61,202 nucleotides of DNA from Azolla caroliniana (taxonomy: Eukaryota; Plantae; Polypodiophyta): NCBI GenBank assembly GCA_043228905.1, contig JBHGNT010000173.1, positions 1-61,202 of the forward strand. Direction: 5' to 3'. Shown in pieces: positions 41,363 through 51,934 of the stretch (the first letter of the stretch is position 1; each line of letters starts with the position of its first letter). The position numbers and the translations under genes are program-made. Under the pieces are notes generated by a model that searched no databases, was not told where the DNA came from, and saw nothing but the letters and a program-made list of their open reading frames with translations.

Positions 41363-41578
41363 AGTCCTAAAACATATTTACAAAAATGTCCACAGTGGTA
41401 GAGGCTTACCTAGAGTCCTGGCACTCGATTTTCTTTGAAGACATGGTTGATCTTTTCGATGTTTAGGTGGAGATCTCGCTTTCGTGCTTCGTGCTCTGTG
41501 TGCTCTGTGTGCTCTGTTAGCTCTGTTTGCTCTATGTGCTCTTGGGCTTCGTGTGACTGAAATATGATGAGGTCTTCC

Positions 41579-41586
41579 TATTTATA
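41579..41586 (-). promoter_or_regulatory. Putative TATA box of the ParB-MTase gene
   Basis: CCCTATAAATAGG on the minus strand, ~135 nt upstream of the ATG at 41444. Confidence 0.55.
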
Positions 41587-42327
41587 GGGATTGACCACAG
41601 TGGTTAAAGTAACCACCATCACTTTAACCAGGGTTGGCAAGCTTGAGGGTAGCTAGTTAGTAACCACAGTCACTTTAACCAGAGTTACTTATGATTGCAT
41701 CAATGATTACAAAGTCAAAGTAACATATTGATGATTATTTTATAGTCAAAATAATATACAATGACTTTGAAGGTCATGAAGGAAACAATGATAGAGGTTC
41801 ATGAATGAACCAATGATTGATTACTCAAAGCAACATTTTTATGACTCTTAATTGCTTTGTATTAAAGATGTGAGCATGAATGAAGCAATGATTGAACATT
41901 CTTATATTTAAATTGGTGGGCATGAATGAACCAATGACTGAGAAGTTCTATATTAAATATGGGTGCCATTAATTAACCAATGATTTTAACATTAATCCAA
42001 CATATATATGGCTTCATAATGATTGTAATTATATTATACTTGATTTAACTTTATACAGACTAGTTTAAGTAATTATTAATATGTTGAATACAATTATATC
42101 TTTATGTGTTTAATATTAGTATGTTGAATAATATCTTTATGTATTGTATTAATATAATATTAAATAATATAGACAATATATTGAGGGAGCTTCTGTTTAG
42201 AGAGGAGTTTATGTTTAGAGAGGAGCTTATCAGTTTTTTGCCTTAGTCTAAGCACATAACTTAAAGAGCTCTGTGTGGACCTTAAACCAAGAGTGAAGAC
42301 TCACCGTTCTCGATTGAAGAATATTGT

Positions 42328-44540
42328 TTGTCATCAGACTCTTCATTTTCTACCGAAGAGTATTGTTTGTCGACAGACTCACCATTTTCTATTGAAGAAT
42401 ATTGTTTGTCGACAGACTCACCATATTCTATTGAAGAGTATTGTCTGAGCTCATCTTCACCTACAACGAATGTGAATATTGACACGTGTGAAGAGTTCTC
42501 TATTGAAGAATACCATATTAATAAAGATACGGAGAATGAAGGTAGTGCCAATGAAACATCGAATATCATGGGCGATGGTCACAACAAAGAATTGGATAGT
42601 AACAAGGTTACACCAACTTCTATGCAGGAAGAGAAATCTGGAAGCCCTATGCATATTCGAAGAATCCCACGAAGAATTTGTCTGGCTAGATTTAACTTGG
42701 TCACATCAGATAAACAGATTGGATTTGATGTCAAAAAAATATGTTGTGCCCGTGGTTGTATGTCTATGATTGGAAAATCAAAGTTGCGAGAATTATGGCG
42801 ATACTATTTTTCGATGACTGGTGATGAGCAAAACACTTACTTCGGGTCACATATGCAACTAGTGTCTGACAAATGTACGGGGATCAAAGTATCATTCGAG
42901 TATTATATCTTCTATGTGCAACAGATATGTAGAGTTACATTCAAAATTGCATTATGTATTTGTAACATGCGGCTACATAGAGTACAATAACATCTACTTA
43001 GCGGGGATAAGATGCACAATTGTAAAGAGGTTCCAAGTATGAAAGGTGCAATTGGAAGACATGCTATTGGTTGGATGAAAAGTTACTTTCAGTTAAATTG
43101 TGAAGTAATGCCCACTACAGGTAGGATGCACCTCTCTAATAATTACACATGTCGGGAAGTTTATGATGTCTATCGATCTGATATAGTGGGTTCACGTAAT
43201 AAGTCTGTCACATATAGCCAATTCACAAGATTAGGGAGAGCTCGGTTTTCAAATGTTATCATTCCACGTAAAGTACGCATGGGGTATTGCTCCATTTGTG
43301 CTAATCTTAAAAGTTTTGCTAAAGGTGCAAAGACATCAATGGAAAAGGATATGAGTAAGAAGTTATTACAAGAGCATCGTGAGGCACAATCATTAGAACG
43401 AAAGAAGGCGATGCATCATAGAGAGAAGTGTTTGAAGAGGCCCGAACAATACATCTGCTTGATGATAGATGGCATGGACCAAAAGAAGACGTGCTTGCTG
43501 CATATGCGGAGGCTCCCCAAAGACGTCAATGATGAGTGCCTTGTTCAAATGCACTTGGTGGGATACTTGGCTTATAGTAGGCATGTTAGACCTCACGTCT
43601 TCATTACATACCCCAATGTTCACAATGACCCTAACCTAACAGTTACAGTGATTCATCAAGTTTTGATGTGTTGGGGCCAACCTTTCCCCCCTATTCTATA
43701 CATTCAATTGGACAATACTGGTAGAGAGAAAAAAAATTCAACAGTGTTTGGCTATCTAAGTATGTTGGTCAACCAAGGATTGTTTAGAAAAGTGAAAGTC
43801 AATTTTATTTTGGTTGGCCACACACATGATCATATAGATCAGATGTTTAGCACATTCTCGAGACAGTTGTCTCGGCATGATGCTTTCACATTACCTATAC
43901 TATTTGATGTCATTTGTGATGCACATACACCACGCCCAAAAGTGTTACACTTGAAGCAGGTATATAACTTTAAGAGATATATATCAGATAGGTGTGTTGG
44001 GAATGTTAAAGTGCTTGCCAAGGTAAACAATATAAGCTTCAATCACATTTTTATGATAAAGAAAAATGAAATAAGTGGTTCTACGCTTTTGTATGCTAAA
44101 CAATATTCATCTTCTACAACATGGGAACATAAAGGTGGTTGCTAGTTATTACTTTGTATGGCGAGTACAATTGTCCATGGAGCTAAGCAAATGCCAATTG
44201 AGAAGAAAGGACATTTGAAAAGTGACTTGGTATCGGAATAAAAGCGGTTATGGCTCCAAGCCTTAGAAGAAAAAAGAAAGCATATTGAGGCCGCCAAGAA
44301 ATATGCCGCACAACAAGACACATCATGATGGGATGTATTTTATAGTCATCAGAAAGGAATTATAGACAATTGTGTATTTGGTGATAATTGGAATTTGGAA
44401 ACACCATTCACATGGTCACTACAACATGATCATGTAAATAAAACTCCGGAGCAACCAGCAAATGTGATTATGACAGTTTGGTCCATCCACAACAAAGAGA
44501 CATTTATGTGGGACCAAGGATGACATTCTCCGTAAAGGAG
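42328..44540 (+). pseudogene. Sola-like DDD transposase with in-frame stops
   Basis: ORFs 42328-42990 and 43012-44145 share one frame. CSIC, IDGMDQ, YIQLDNTGRE.KN and FILVGHTHDHIDQMFS give a putative DDD triad. The frame continues past 44145 with further stops; the start is uncertain. Confidence 0.75.
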
Positions 44541-44903
44541 TGATCATGAATGTATTTTTGGCTATTAAGTGTAACTACATTCCGCTTGTAACAAATCAAG
44601 TAATATAAAAGGATGTGTTTTGAATTCTTATGATTTCTAAAAAATCGTTTCTTATAAAATAACATTGGTTGTAAAGTTTGTCATATAAATTGAGAATGTA
44701 ACTTTTAGAAATTCCATTTATTTTAGTTACTTCTAAATCACGAAAATAGTGGATTTTTAACCTTTTTCATATTATGTTTGAACATGTATGATACTAGTAT
44801 CAATATGTTTTGTAAAATCATTGAAAAAGCCCTAAAATCAACCAAAATTTTCCTTATCCTTCCATTTATGTGCGATCCTTCCACTTGTGAACGCAAACGT
44901 GTT

Positions 44904-46925
44904 CTTAGTGCATTTGATAAGAATGTATCTAGATATCTTGGTCGTATAATAAAACCTAACTTAGAGAAGTGCAAGAAGTGTTCCTTATAGTGCAACATTT
45001 TAGATGGGAGTGGCTCTTGTGGGGTGATCCATTTATATCAAGTGTAAATTTGCCATATTTCGTGGCGTATCACTTTATTACTATTTTCATGAGAGAGAGT
45101 TTCATCAGTCCCATGGTTGTACTTAAGGGGGGGTAGGTTATTAATATCTATGTCGTTTGCAAGTAACCAACTCACCACTGTGCGATACCAAGAGCTAGTG
45201 TCTCCAGACGCATGTAAGGATCGGGATGCCTCAAAAGCTCGACATGATATCCTATTTTGTGGTTGGCTATGTATCCGATGAATAAAAACTACCACTTGAA
45301 AAAGTGCTTCTACTAACATCGGGGGTAGACTAAACTCTGCTCAATGTCATGTGGTATTGTCGATTTGCTTCGGAGTTTACGTGATGACATCGTCACCAAA
45401 GGTCTCTCTAATTGCGTCCACATGAAAGATGGTAGACCCGGAACCCCATACTACTGATGCATACATGAGGGAAGGGGTCACTAATGAGTCGATGAGCCAT
45501 CCCTTGGTCTGTGGCTCTTGAAAGTATGCCTAGTGTCATTTTCTCTCTAAGAGTGAGAGGGATGCATACCCTCTCGTTAACCTATCTTTGGCTGCCTAGG
45601 TCATCGAGACTTTACCTGAGCGAGCACTAAAAGTGACTCCCAAGTATACTACGATCCAACTACCTTAACTATTTTATGAGAGAGGGTTAGGAGACATTTA
45701 CTCCTAACTCGGGGCAATGTATGAAAGATAAGGACTTTAGTTTTCGCTAGATTCACCTCCATTCCTCGTTGTGTACAAAAGTCATCTAGGGCATTAAGAT
45801 GCTTTTGCAGGTCGTGTTCTGACTCCGAGAGCAAGACAATGTCGTCTGTGTAAAGTAAGAGGCTAACTTGCATATCCCCAATAGCTACTCCTTTGCCTCC
45901 CTTATGAGCAATAAATTCCGTGATCTCATTAATGTAGATCCCGAAAAGAGTCGGTGATAGGGGGCAACCCGGTTTCACACCAATGGTGCTAGTGAAACAA
46001 TCAGATAGGCCAGCTAGGCATCTTACGCACCCAGAGACTTGCTCGTATAGGGCATAAATGGCCTAGATCATGTCATTTGGTATCTCCAAGCTCTTAAGTC
46101 TATGAAACAACCTCTCCCTAGGAACTGTGTCAAAGGCTTTGCAGAAGTCCACAAAGCAACAATATAGTTTCTTCTTACGAGCCTTCGTCTAGTCAATTAA
46201 GCACCTAAATGTGAAGATATGGTCAATGGTGAAGAATGCTCATCTAAAGCCAGCCTGCTCAGGTGCTCGAAGACTTAATGTTTCCATATAATCGTTGAGC
46301 TCCGCTTCCATTATTGCACCATATAGTTTAGCGAGCATATGACCTATCATAATGGTCCTATATGTATTTGGGCCCATTGGGTCCCTTGCTTTATGTATAG
46401 GGGCCATTGTGTTCATGGCCCATTTTGGTGGAAAACCCTCGGCGAAGGCGCGGTTCAAGATTACAGTGAGAAACGAGGCTAGGCACTCTCGAGCAAATAT
46501 GATGTGCTCGGCTCGCAATCCTGTGTGGTCCATGGATTTCCTATGTTGGAATTTTTTTATGACCTTCGTGACCCTAGAGGTCGTGAAAAGTGTCCCCATG
46601 GTAGGTCGAGGTGTGGAAGGCATTGGAATGGGTGGTTGGTTAGGGACATGGTAGAGTCTCTCGATATATGTGTGCGAAATATTGGGATCCTCCATGGGTG
46701 TTTGTGGTTTCGGTTCCCGTAGTCTCTTCCAGGCAATGGTGCAGTCCCTACTCATGAGCATATGGTAGAGTTCCCAATATTGAGATGCTTCCCAAGCTCG
46801 TGTTTTACAACATGTCATCTTGCGCATCTCTTTGCGAGCTTGTACTGAGGAAATAGTACCACGAAGGTTGGCCCTTTCGGTCTTCCCGGTCCCGGATCCT
46901 TCTGATTCTTCTGCGTACTGCAAGC
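44904..46925 (-). mobile_element. Non-LTR RT ORF (5' of the transposon insertion), copy 3
   Basis: YRTIMI, EQAGFR, FVDF.KAFDTV, GCPLSPTLF, YTDDIV. Confidence 0.87.
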
Positions 46926-46934
46926 TATGCCGTA

Positions 46935-47375
46935 CTGAGAAGAGAGGAAAGCATTTTCTCAACAACACCTTGGACGCACAAGAAGAAGATGATGATGAAG
47001 AAGAAGAGCATACATACCAACAGACCAAGAAGAGGAGTGCAAGGATTACCTGCCGGGAACAGTTTCCACAATGATGAGGAAGGACTCATCTCTACTAAGC
47101 GAGAGACCATTGGGGAACTGCAACCCTGACAAGATGACATTGCTCTTCCCTGTTGTGGGATCATATCTTATAACCCTCCCTGAATCATCCCTAGATAGTA
47201 CGAGCAGGAAGAAGTTCCTGCACCACCGAACTTATTATTTTATTGCATATGCCCAGCCCAAAAGAATCAAGGCTAATTGATTTAGTTAATAGATAGCCGC
47301 TCTAAACCTTCTCTGATACTTGGAGTTGTTGTCTGTGAAGTAGACAGAGTCGTTCGATGCGACATCGAGGTCATC
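46935..47375 (-). pseudogene. Duplicated SSL exon 3 / exon 2 fragment
   Basis: Matches 7375-7840 and 19822-20220. Confidence 0.85.
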
Positions 47376-48715
47376 GTCGAAGAATTTGGTCTCCGTCAGC
47401 CAAATTGTTGAGCAAGGAATGCAAGTTCGATTTAATCAAGGCGGTTGCTTCATCAAAAAAGAGGGCCTACTCATCGTGCGCCAACGGAGAGAGGGCCGAA
47501 TGTTCATTCTCGACTCGCACGAGATGAAATCGACCATGTTCGCAAAAGGCACGAAAGCTGAGTCCGACATAGAGTTATGGCACAAGTGGATTGGCCATAT
47601 CAACCTTCATCCGCTCGACCCAGAATCCGCCGAACAAGAGATAGAGGATAAAGATCGCCTTACGCGCATGTTCGAAGAAAGTCCGATCACAACCCGACTG
47701 AGCGGACCACAAGAGCCTCCGAGTGATCAAAGAACATCTCGACCGAGTCCGAAGCTAGACAAAGGGATGGCTAAAATGCCGGAGTATGAAGACGATCATT
47801 TCGACGGCATCGAATTGACTCACTCCCTTGATAGTGAGTTCAAAGGCCTTGACATCCGGACAAATGGAGTGAAGAAAGCCTTAGAATCCGCAAACGAGAA
47901 GCTTCGAAGATCCACCCGTGAAAAGAACCCTGTAAGCCGATTCTGCTACGATGAGTACATGGTGTACCATTACGCATTTATGATGAAGGTGGCAACTGTA
48001 CGAGAGCCGGAAACCTTTTCCGAAGTCGCGAAGGACCCGCGATGGATCGAAGCAATGAACGAGGAGATGCGTGCACTGCGCAAGAACGAGTCATGGGATC
48101 TCGTTCCCCACTCACCGCACAAGAAGGCAATTGGTTGCAGATGGATCTACCAGGTGAAGTATAATGTCGAAGGCTCCGTCAATCGCTATAAAGCTCGACT
48201 CGTAGCGAAAGGATATGCACAAACACATGGGGTTGACAATGAAGAGACCTTTGCCCCGGTGGCAAAGATGACGACGGTGCAGACCGTTATCACACTTGCA
48301 ACGGCAAAAGTTTGGCACCTCCACCAAATGGACATCAAGAACGCCTTTCTTCAAGGAGAATTAGAAGACGAGGTGTACATGGTACAACCAAAAGTTGTAT
48401 GCCAACTCAAGAAGCCTCTCTACGGCATCAAGCAAGCACCGCGTGCTTAGCATTCGAAGATTACGCAATATCTTCATCAAATTGGCTTTCGAATGTCGAA
48501 ATCTGACAACTCCCTCTACGTATGACACGACTCTAGAAGCCTAATTGTATCATCCTATACGTGGATGATCTGGTCATTGGAGGTGAAAGTCTAGTCGACA
48601 TCAACAAGGTCAAGTCCCTCCTCTATGGAAAAGTCAAGATTACGGACATGAAGGAGCTCCATTACTTCCCGGGCATCGAAGTAATTCAGATTCCGACTGG
48701 CATTATGATCTCTCT
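47376..48715 (+). mobile_element. Ty1/copia pol fragment
   Basis: Same deletion junction as 7841-8740; RT motifs through YVDDL. Confidence 0.85.
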
Positions 48716-49989
48716 CTTTGTGGAAGAGACAGTTCTTTTTTATTACACACTTCTTTTTTTGTGTTTTTTTTTTTTTTTTGGGGGGGGGGGGGGGCGGGCG
48801 GGGTTGCAGATCTCTCTCTCTCTCTCTCTCTCTCGCTCTCGCAAGCTATAATATCTTCTTGTATGGTCTATTTTCTAGGTCATTTGGCTCTCTCAAAACA
48901 CAGTTAATCTCTCTCTCTCTCTCTCTCTCTCCAATATATATATATATATATATATATACACGTATATACGTATCACAGCCAAAAGCAACGCAATCATCAC
49001 GTCTATCATCATCATCTGTGTGTGTGTGTGTGTGTTTGTGTACCAGGGTCCAGAGTAGATTGCATGGCACCATTAATACATACATACTTTAATTATACAT
49101 ATATATGTATGTATGTATATTCCAAATTTTTAAATCGTAAAAGAAAAGGTTGAAATGAAAAACTACACTTGTTTTGAAATTTCATTCTTTGGATCTTCCA
49201 TTAATTTGGCTATGTGTACATGTGGATGAGCAACAGGCATGCATAACGTGGTTGGCAATGGCTACATTCTAATAAGGAGTTCTTTAAAGGATTTGAAAAC
49301 TTCTGAATTACTAAAAATCATGCCCAATGTACTTATATGTGATACATTCCAAAACCTATGCAGAAGACCTTGGAGACATTTGGGACCAATAGTTGATCAG
49401 TCAAATCAATACAATCAGACAAGGAGGTTTCATTATGCCCATGCAAACCCTCAAAACCTAGAAGTCTTAAATATCTTTAACGATAATGCAATATAACTAA
49501 TGTTCCTATAATACGCCTCTGCATTCAACTAAGTTAGGTTTCCAAACATCTTCCATTATTGTTCCCTCAAATTTTATTGAGGATAGAATGTAGTCTTCAG
49601 TGACCAAAGTGCATGGATTCCAAGTGCCCTTTGACTTGCATCGAGAGAATTATGATAACATTACACCATGATGATTCCATAGAAACTACATGTTTCCATA
49701 GAGGGCATACATTATGATGATTATTCCAACATCATGATGGATTTCAGATACTCTCACTACAAGGATTTCCCTTGTTCAAGACTGAGATGTAATGATTCAC
49801 TTCTTCATCTACAAGACCAATAGGCAATGTCGTATAAAACTCCCTTGAAGTTTCAACAAGTCTCAAGGTGATAGCCTTAGGGCCTACAGAAGCCTCAACC
49901 AAACACATGTCCTGTTAGTTTGATATTTCCTCTGTTTTAATATGTTCTAAGGCCATGATAATGTTGCCAAACCTTCCAATCTCAGTTGG

Positions 49990-51210
49990 TCATTGTTGGA
50001 ATATCTTTGAATAGGCAAGCATAGGCCGACAATGTCCCCTGTCCAAGGCTTCTATGGCACCACAAGCTTTCAAACAGGAAACATACGTGATTTGAGTACG
50101 AGATACATTTTCCACCTCCATCTGATCCAAACACATCAACGCTTTGTGGGCAAATCCATGTTCAATGTAACCTACAATGAGTGCATTCCATGAAGTAACT
50201 CCTCTACCTTGGAACTTATCAAAAACTTCCTGAGCTTCTATAAGGAACCCACATGCAGCATACATATCTACAAGTGTCGTACACACATATAAATTGCTCT
50301 CAAATTGCTTTCTTACAATTTCCGAATGCAAATCTCGGCCCATGTTAATGCACCCTACATTACCACATGCCTTCAAGCAGCAAACGTAAGTTACAGTATT
50401 TGGGGCCATCCCTTCACACTGCATTTTCTCGAGAAGATGCAATGCTTCTATACTAGGCCCATGCTCTGCGTACCCAGCAATGAGTGCATTCCATGACACA
50501 ACATCCTGAAGAGGAAGCTCATCAAATACATCATGTGCTTCGACAACCCAACCACATTTAACATACATATCAAGCAAAATGGTGCCCAAGTAAAGGTCTT
50601 CTTCAAATCCTTCTTTCACTATTTCAGCATGAATGTCCCAACCCTTCTCCAAAGATTGGAAGTCAGCACAACGTTTTACGAGGCCCGTGAATGTGTAGAC
50701 ACTTGGGTAGACATGATAGCTATACATTAGCTTGAAAATTTGAAATGCATGATGGAACTCGCCACATGCTAGGTACCCATGAATAAGGGCAGTCCATGAG
50801 TGTTCATTCAATTCGACAAGACGATTGAAGACTTGTTGAGCTTCAAACACATCCCGGGTTTCTACGAGCATAAGGACAATATAATTCCCTACAGCAGGAT
50901 GGGCTTCGAGCCCATCAGCACACATTCGCATGTAAAGCATGTGAGCAAGATGAGGGCTCTTGTCCCTGCTGCACCTCTGAGACAAGAAGATGAGCTCTTT
51001 AATGTTAAGAGGGCCATCGGATTGTTCTAAACAGGATGTGATATCCTCCACTGGTCTCAGGGTAATTTCTGGTCCACAAATAATATGATTGTCGGGCTGA
51101 GATGAGACCCTATCTCTGACACAATGGTAGTGGCTGAGGGGCGCAGAGTGCTCAAGGATTGGATCAATTGGAGAGGTAAGGGATGGACCGTGGTAGCTCA
51201 ACGTCGTCAT
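49990..51210 (-). CDS. PLS-class pentatricopeptide repeat protein, C-terminally truncated (possible pseudogene)
   Basis: Repeated LLDMYVKCG..A..VFD / DVVSWNALIAGY / VTYVCCLKACG; ends mid-motif with no E domain. Confidence 0.75.
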   Translation of the reverse strand: MTTLSYHGPSLTSPIDPILEHSAPLSHYHCVRDRVSSQPDNHIICGPEITLRPVEDITSCLEQSDGPLNIKELIFLSQRCSRDKSPHLAHMLYMRMCADGLEAHPAVGNYIVLMLVETRDVFEAQQVFNRLVELNEHSWTALIHGYLACGEFHHAFQIFKLMYSYHVYPSVYTFTGLVKRCADFQSLEKGWDIHAEIVKEGFEEDLYLGTILLDMYVKCGWVVEAHDVFDELPLQDVVSWNALIAGYAEHGPSIEALHLLEKMQCEGMAPNTVTYVCCLKACGNVGCINMGRDLHSEIVRKQFESNLYVCTTLVDMYAACGFLIEAQEVFDKFQGRGVTSWNALIVGYIEHGFAHKALMCLDQMEVENVSRTQITYVSCLKACGAIEALDRGHCRPMLAYSKIFQQ

Positions 51211-51934
51211 TGGGCTAATGGCCGTAGCAACGAATTATTGTTGGCATCACTATCGTCTCAGAAGAAAGGGAGAAACGAGATGTTCCAGCAGACAGACCTT
51301 TATCGAAAACGTCTTTTCTCTATGACTAGTAACTACTATCTGCTTCTTCTCTAATGAATGACCACAAACACACACACCTTCTCCGGACCTCCTCATGCGT
51401 TTTAATAAATTACAATATTGCTCTTGCTTTCCTTTTTAATCAGCACGGTTATAACTTATAAGTAAGAATTTGGTTGAGAGGGTTAATTAGTAGCCCATAA
51501 TATGACCGAACACCCACTAGTCTCGTCAATTACCTCTTGGTCGAGTTTCACTTGATGCCTCTTATCCCACCTACTCATTCCACTTTTGACAAAATTTAGA
51601 TCATTCTTTATGTTGCGATATTTTATTCCGTGCCACATGTTCAAGAGTCGTATGCAGCCCAAATATCCAGAAAACAATCGAGAGGGTGTGATGCCCTATG
51701 TTATGCTATGCTATATGTAGTATGCTCTAAGGGAAGGAAGAGATCATGTGTGCTTTTATGACATTGTAAAGCAAACACCTCCTTGAACGCCATGAGATGT
51801 GTACATACATAAATAAAGCTTACAGATTCAGAGTGCTTCTTGTCGGTTTCACTTATATGTACAACTCACACGCCTAATGCGACCCATACGTACTTGCCCG
51901 CATACATACATGACGTAAGCATGATGATGAGGGG

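Larger units (their letters stand above)
36761..41444 (-). pseudogene. ParB/Srx-like + beta-class N6A/N4C DNA methyltransferase fusion gene, 6 exons, copy 2
   Basis: Exons 41410-41444 (MSSKKIECQDSR), 38342-40424, 38127-38265, 37576-38043, ~37208-37485 and 36761-37116. Motifs VIGGSH, MIADIPY, QKP and DLISGIG|TT..LEKD. Stops, frameshifts and a solo LTR are present, and the exon 5 acceptor is unclear. Confidence 0.8.
35681..44903. mobile_element. Complete 9,223-bp TIR DNA transposon (Sola-like) carrying a ParB-DNA-methyltransferase gene
   Basis: TIRs 35681-35716 and 44868-44903 match at 33/36 positions; TSD CTTA at 35677-35680 and 44904-44907; the empty site restores the LINE codons NALRVAIGQ. 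Confidence 0.92.
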
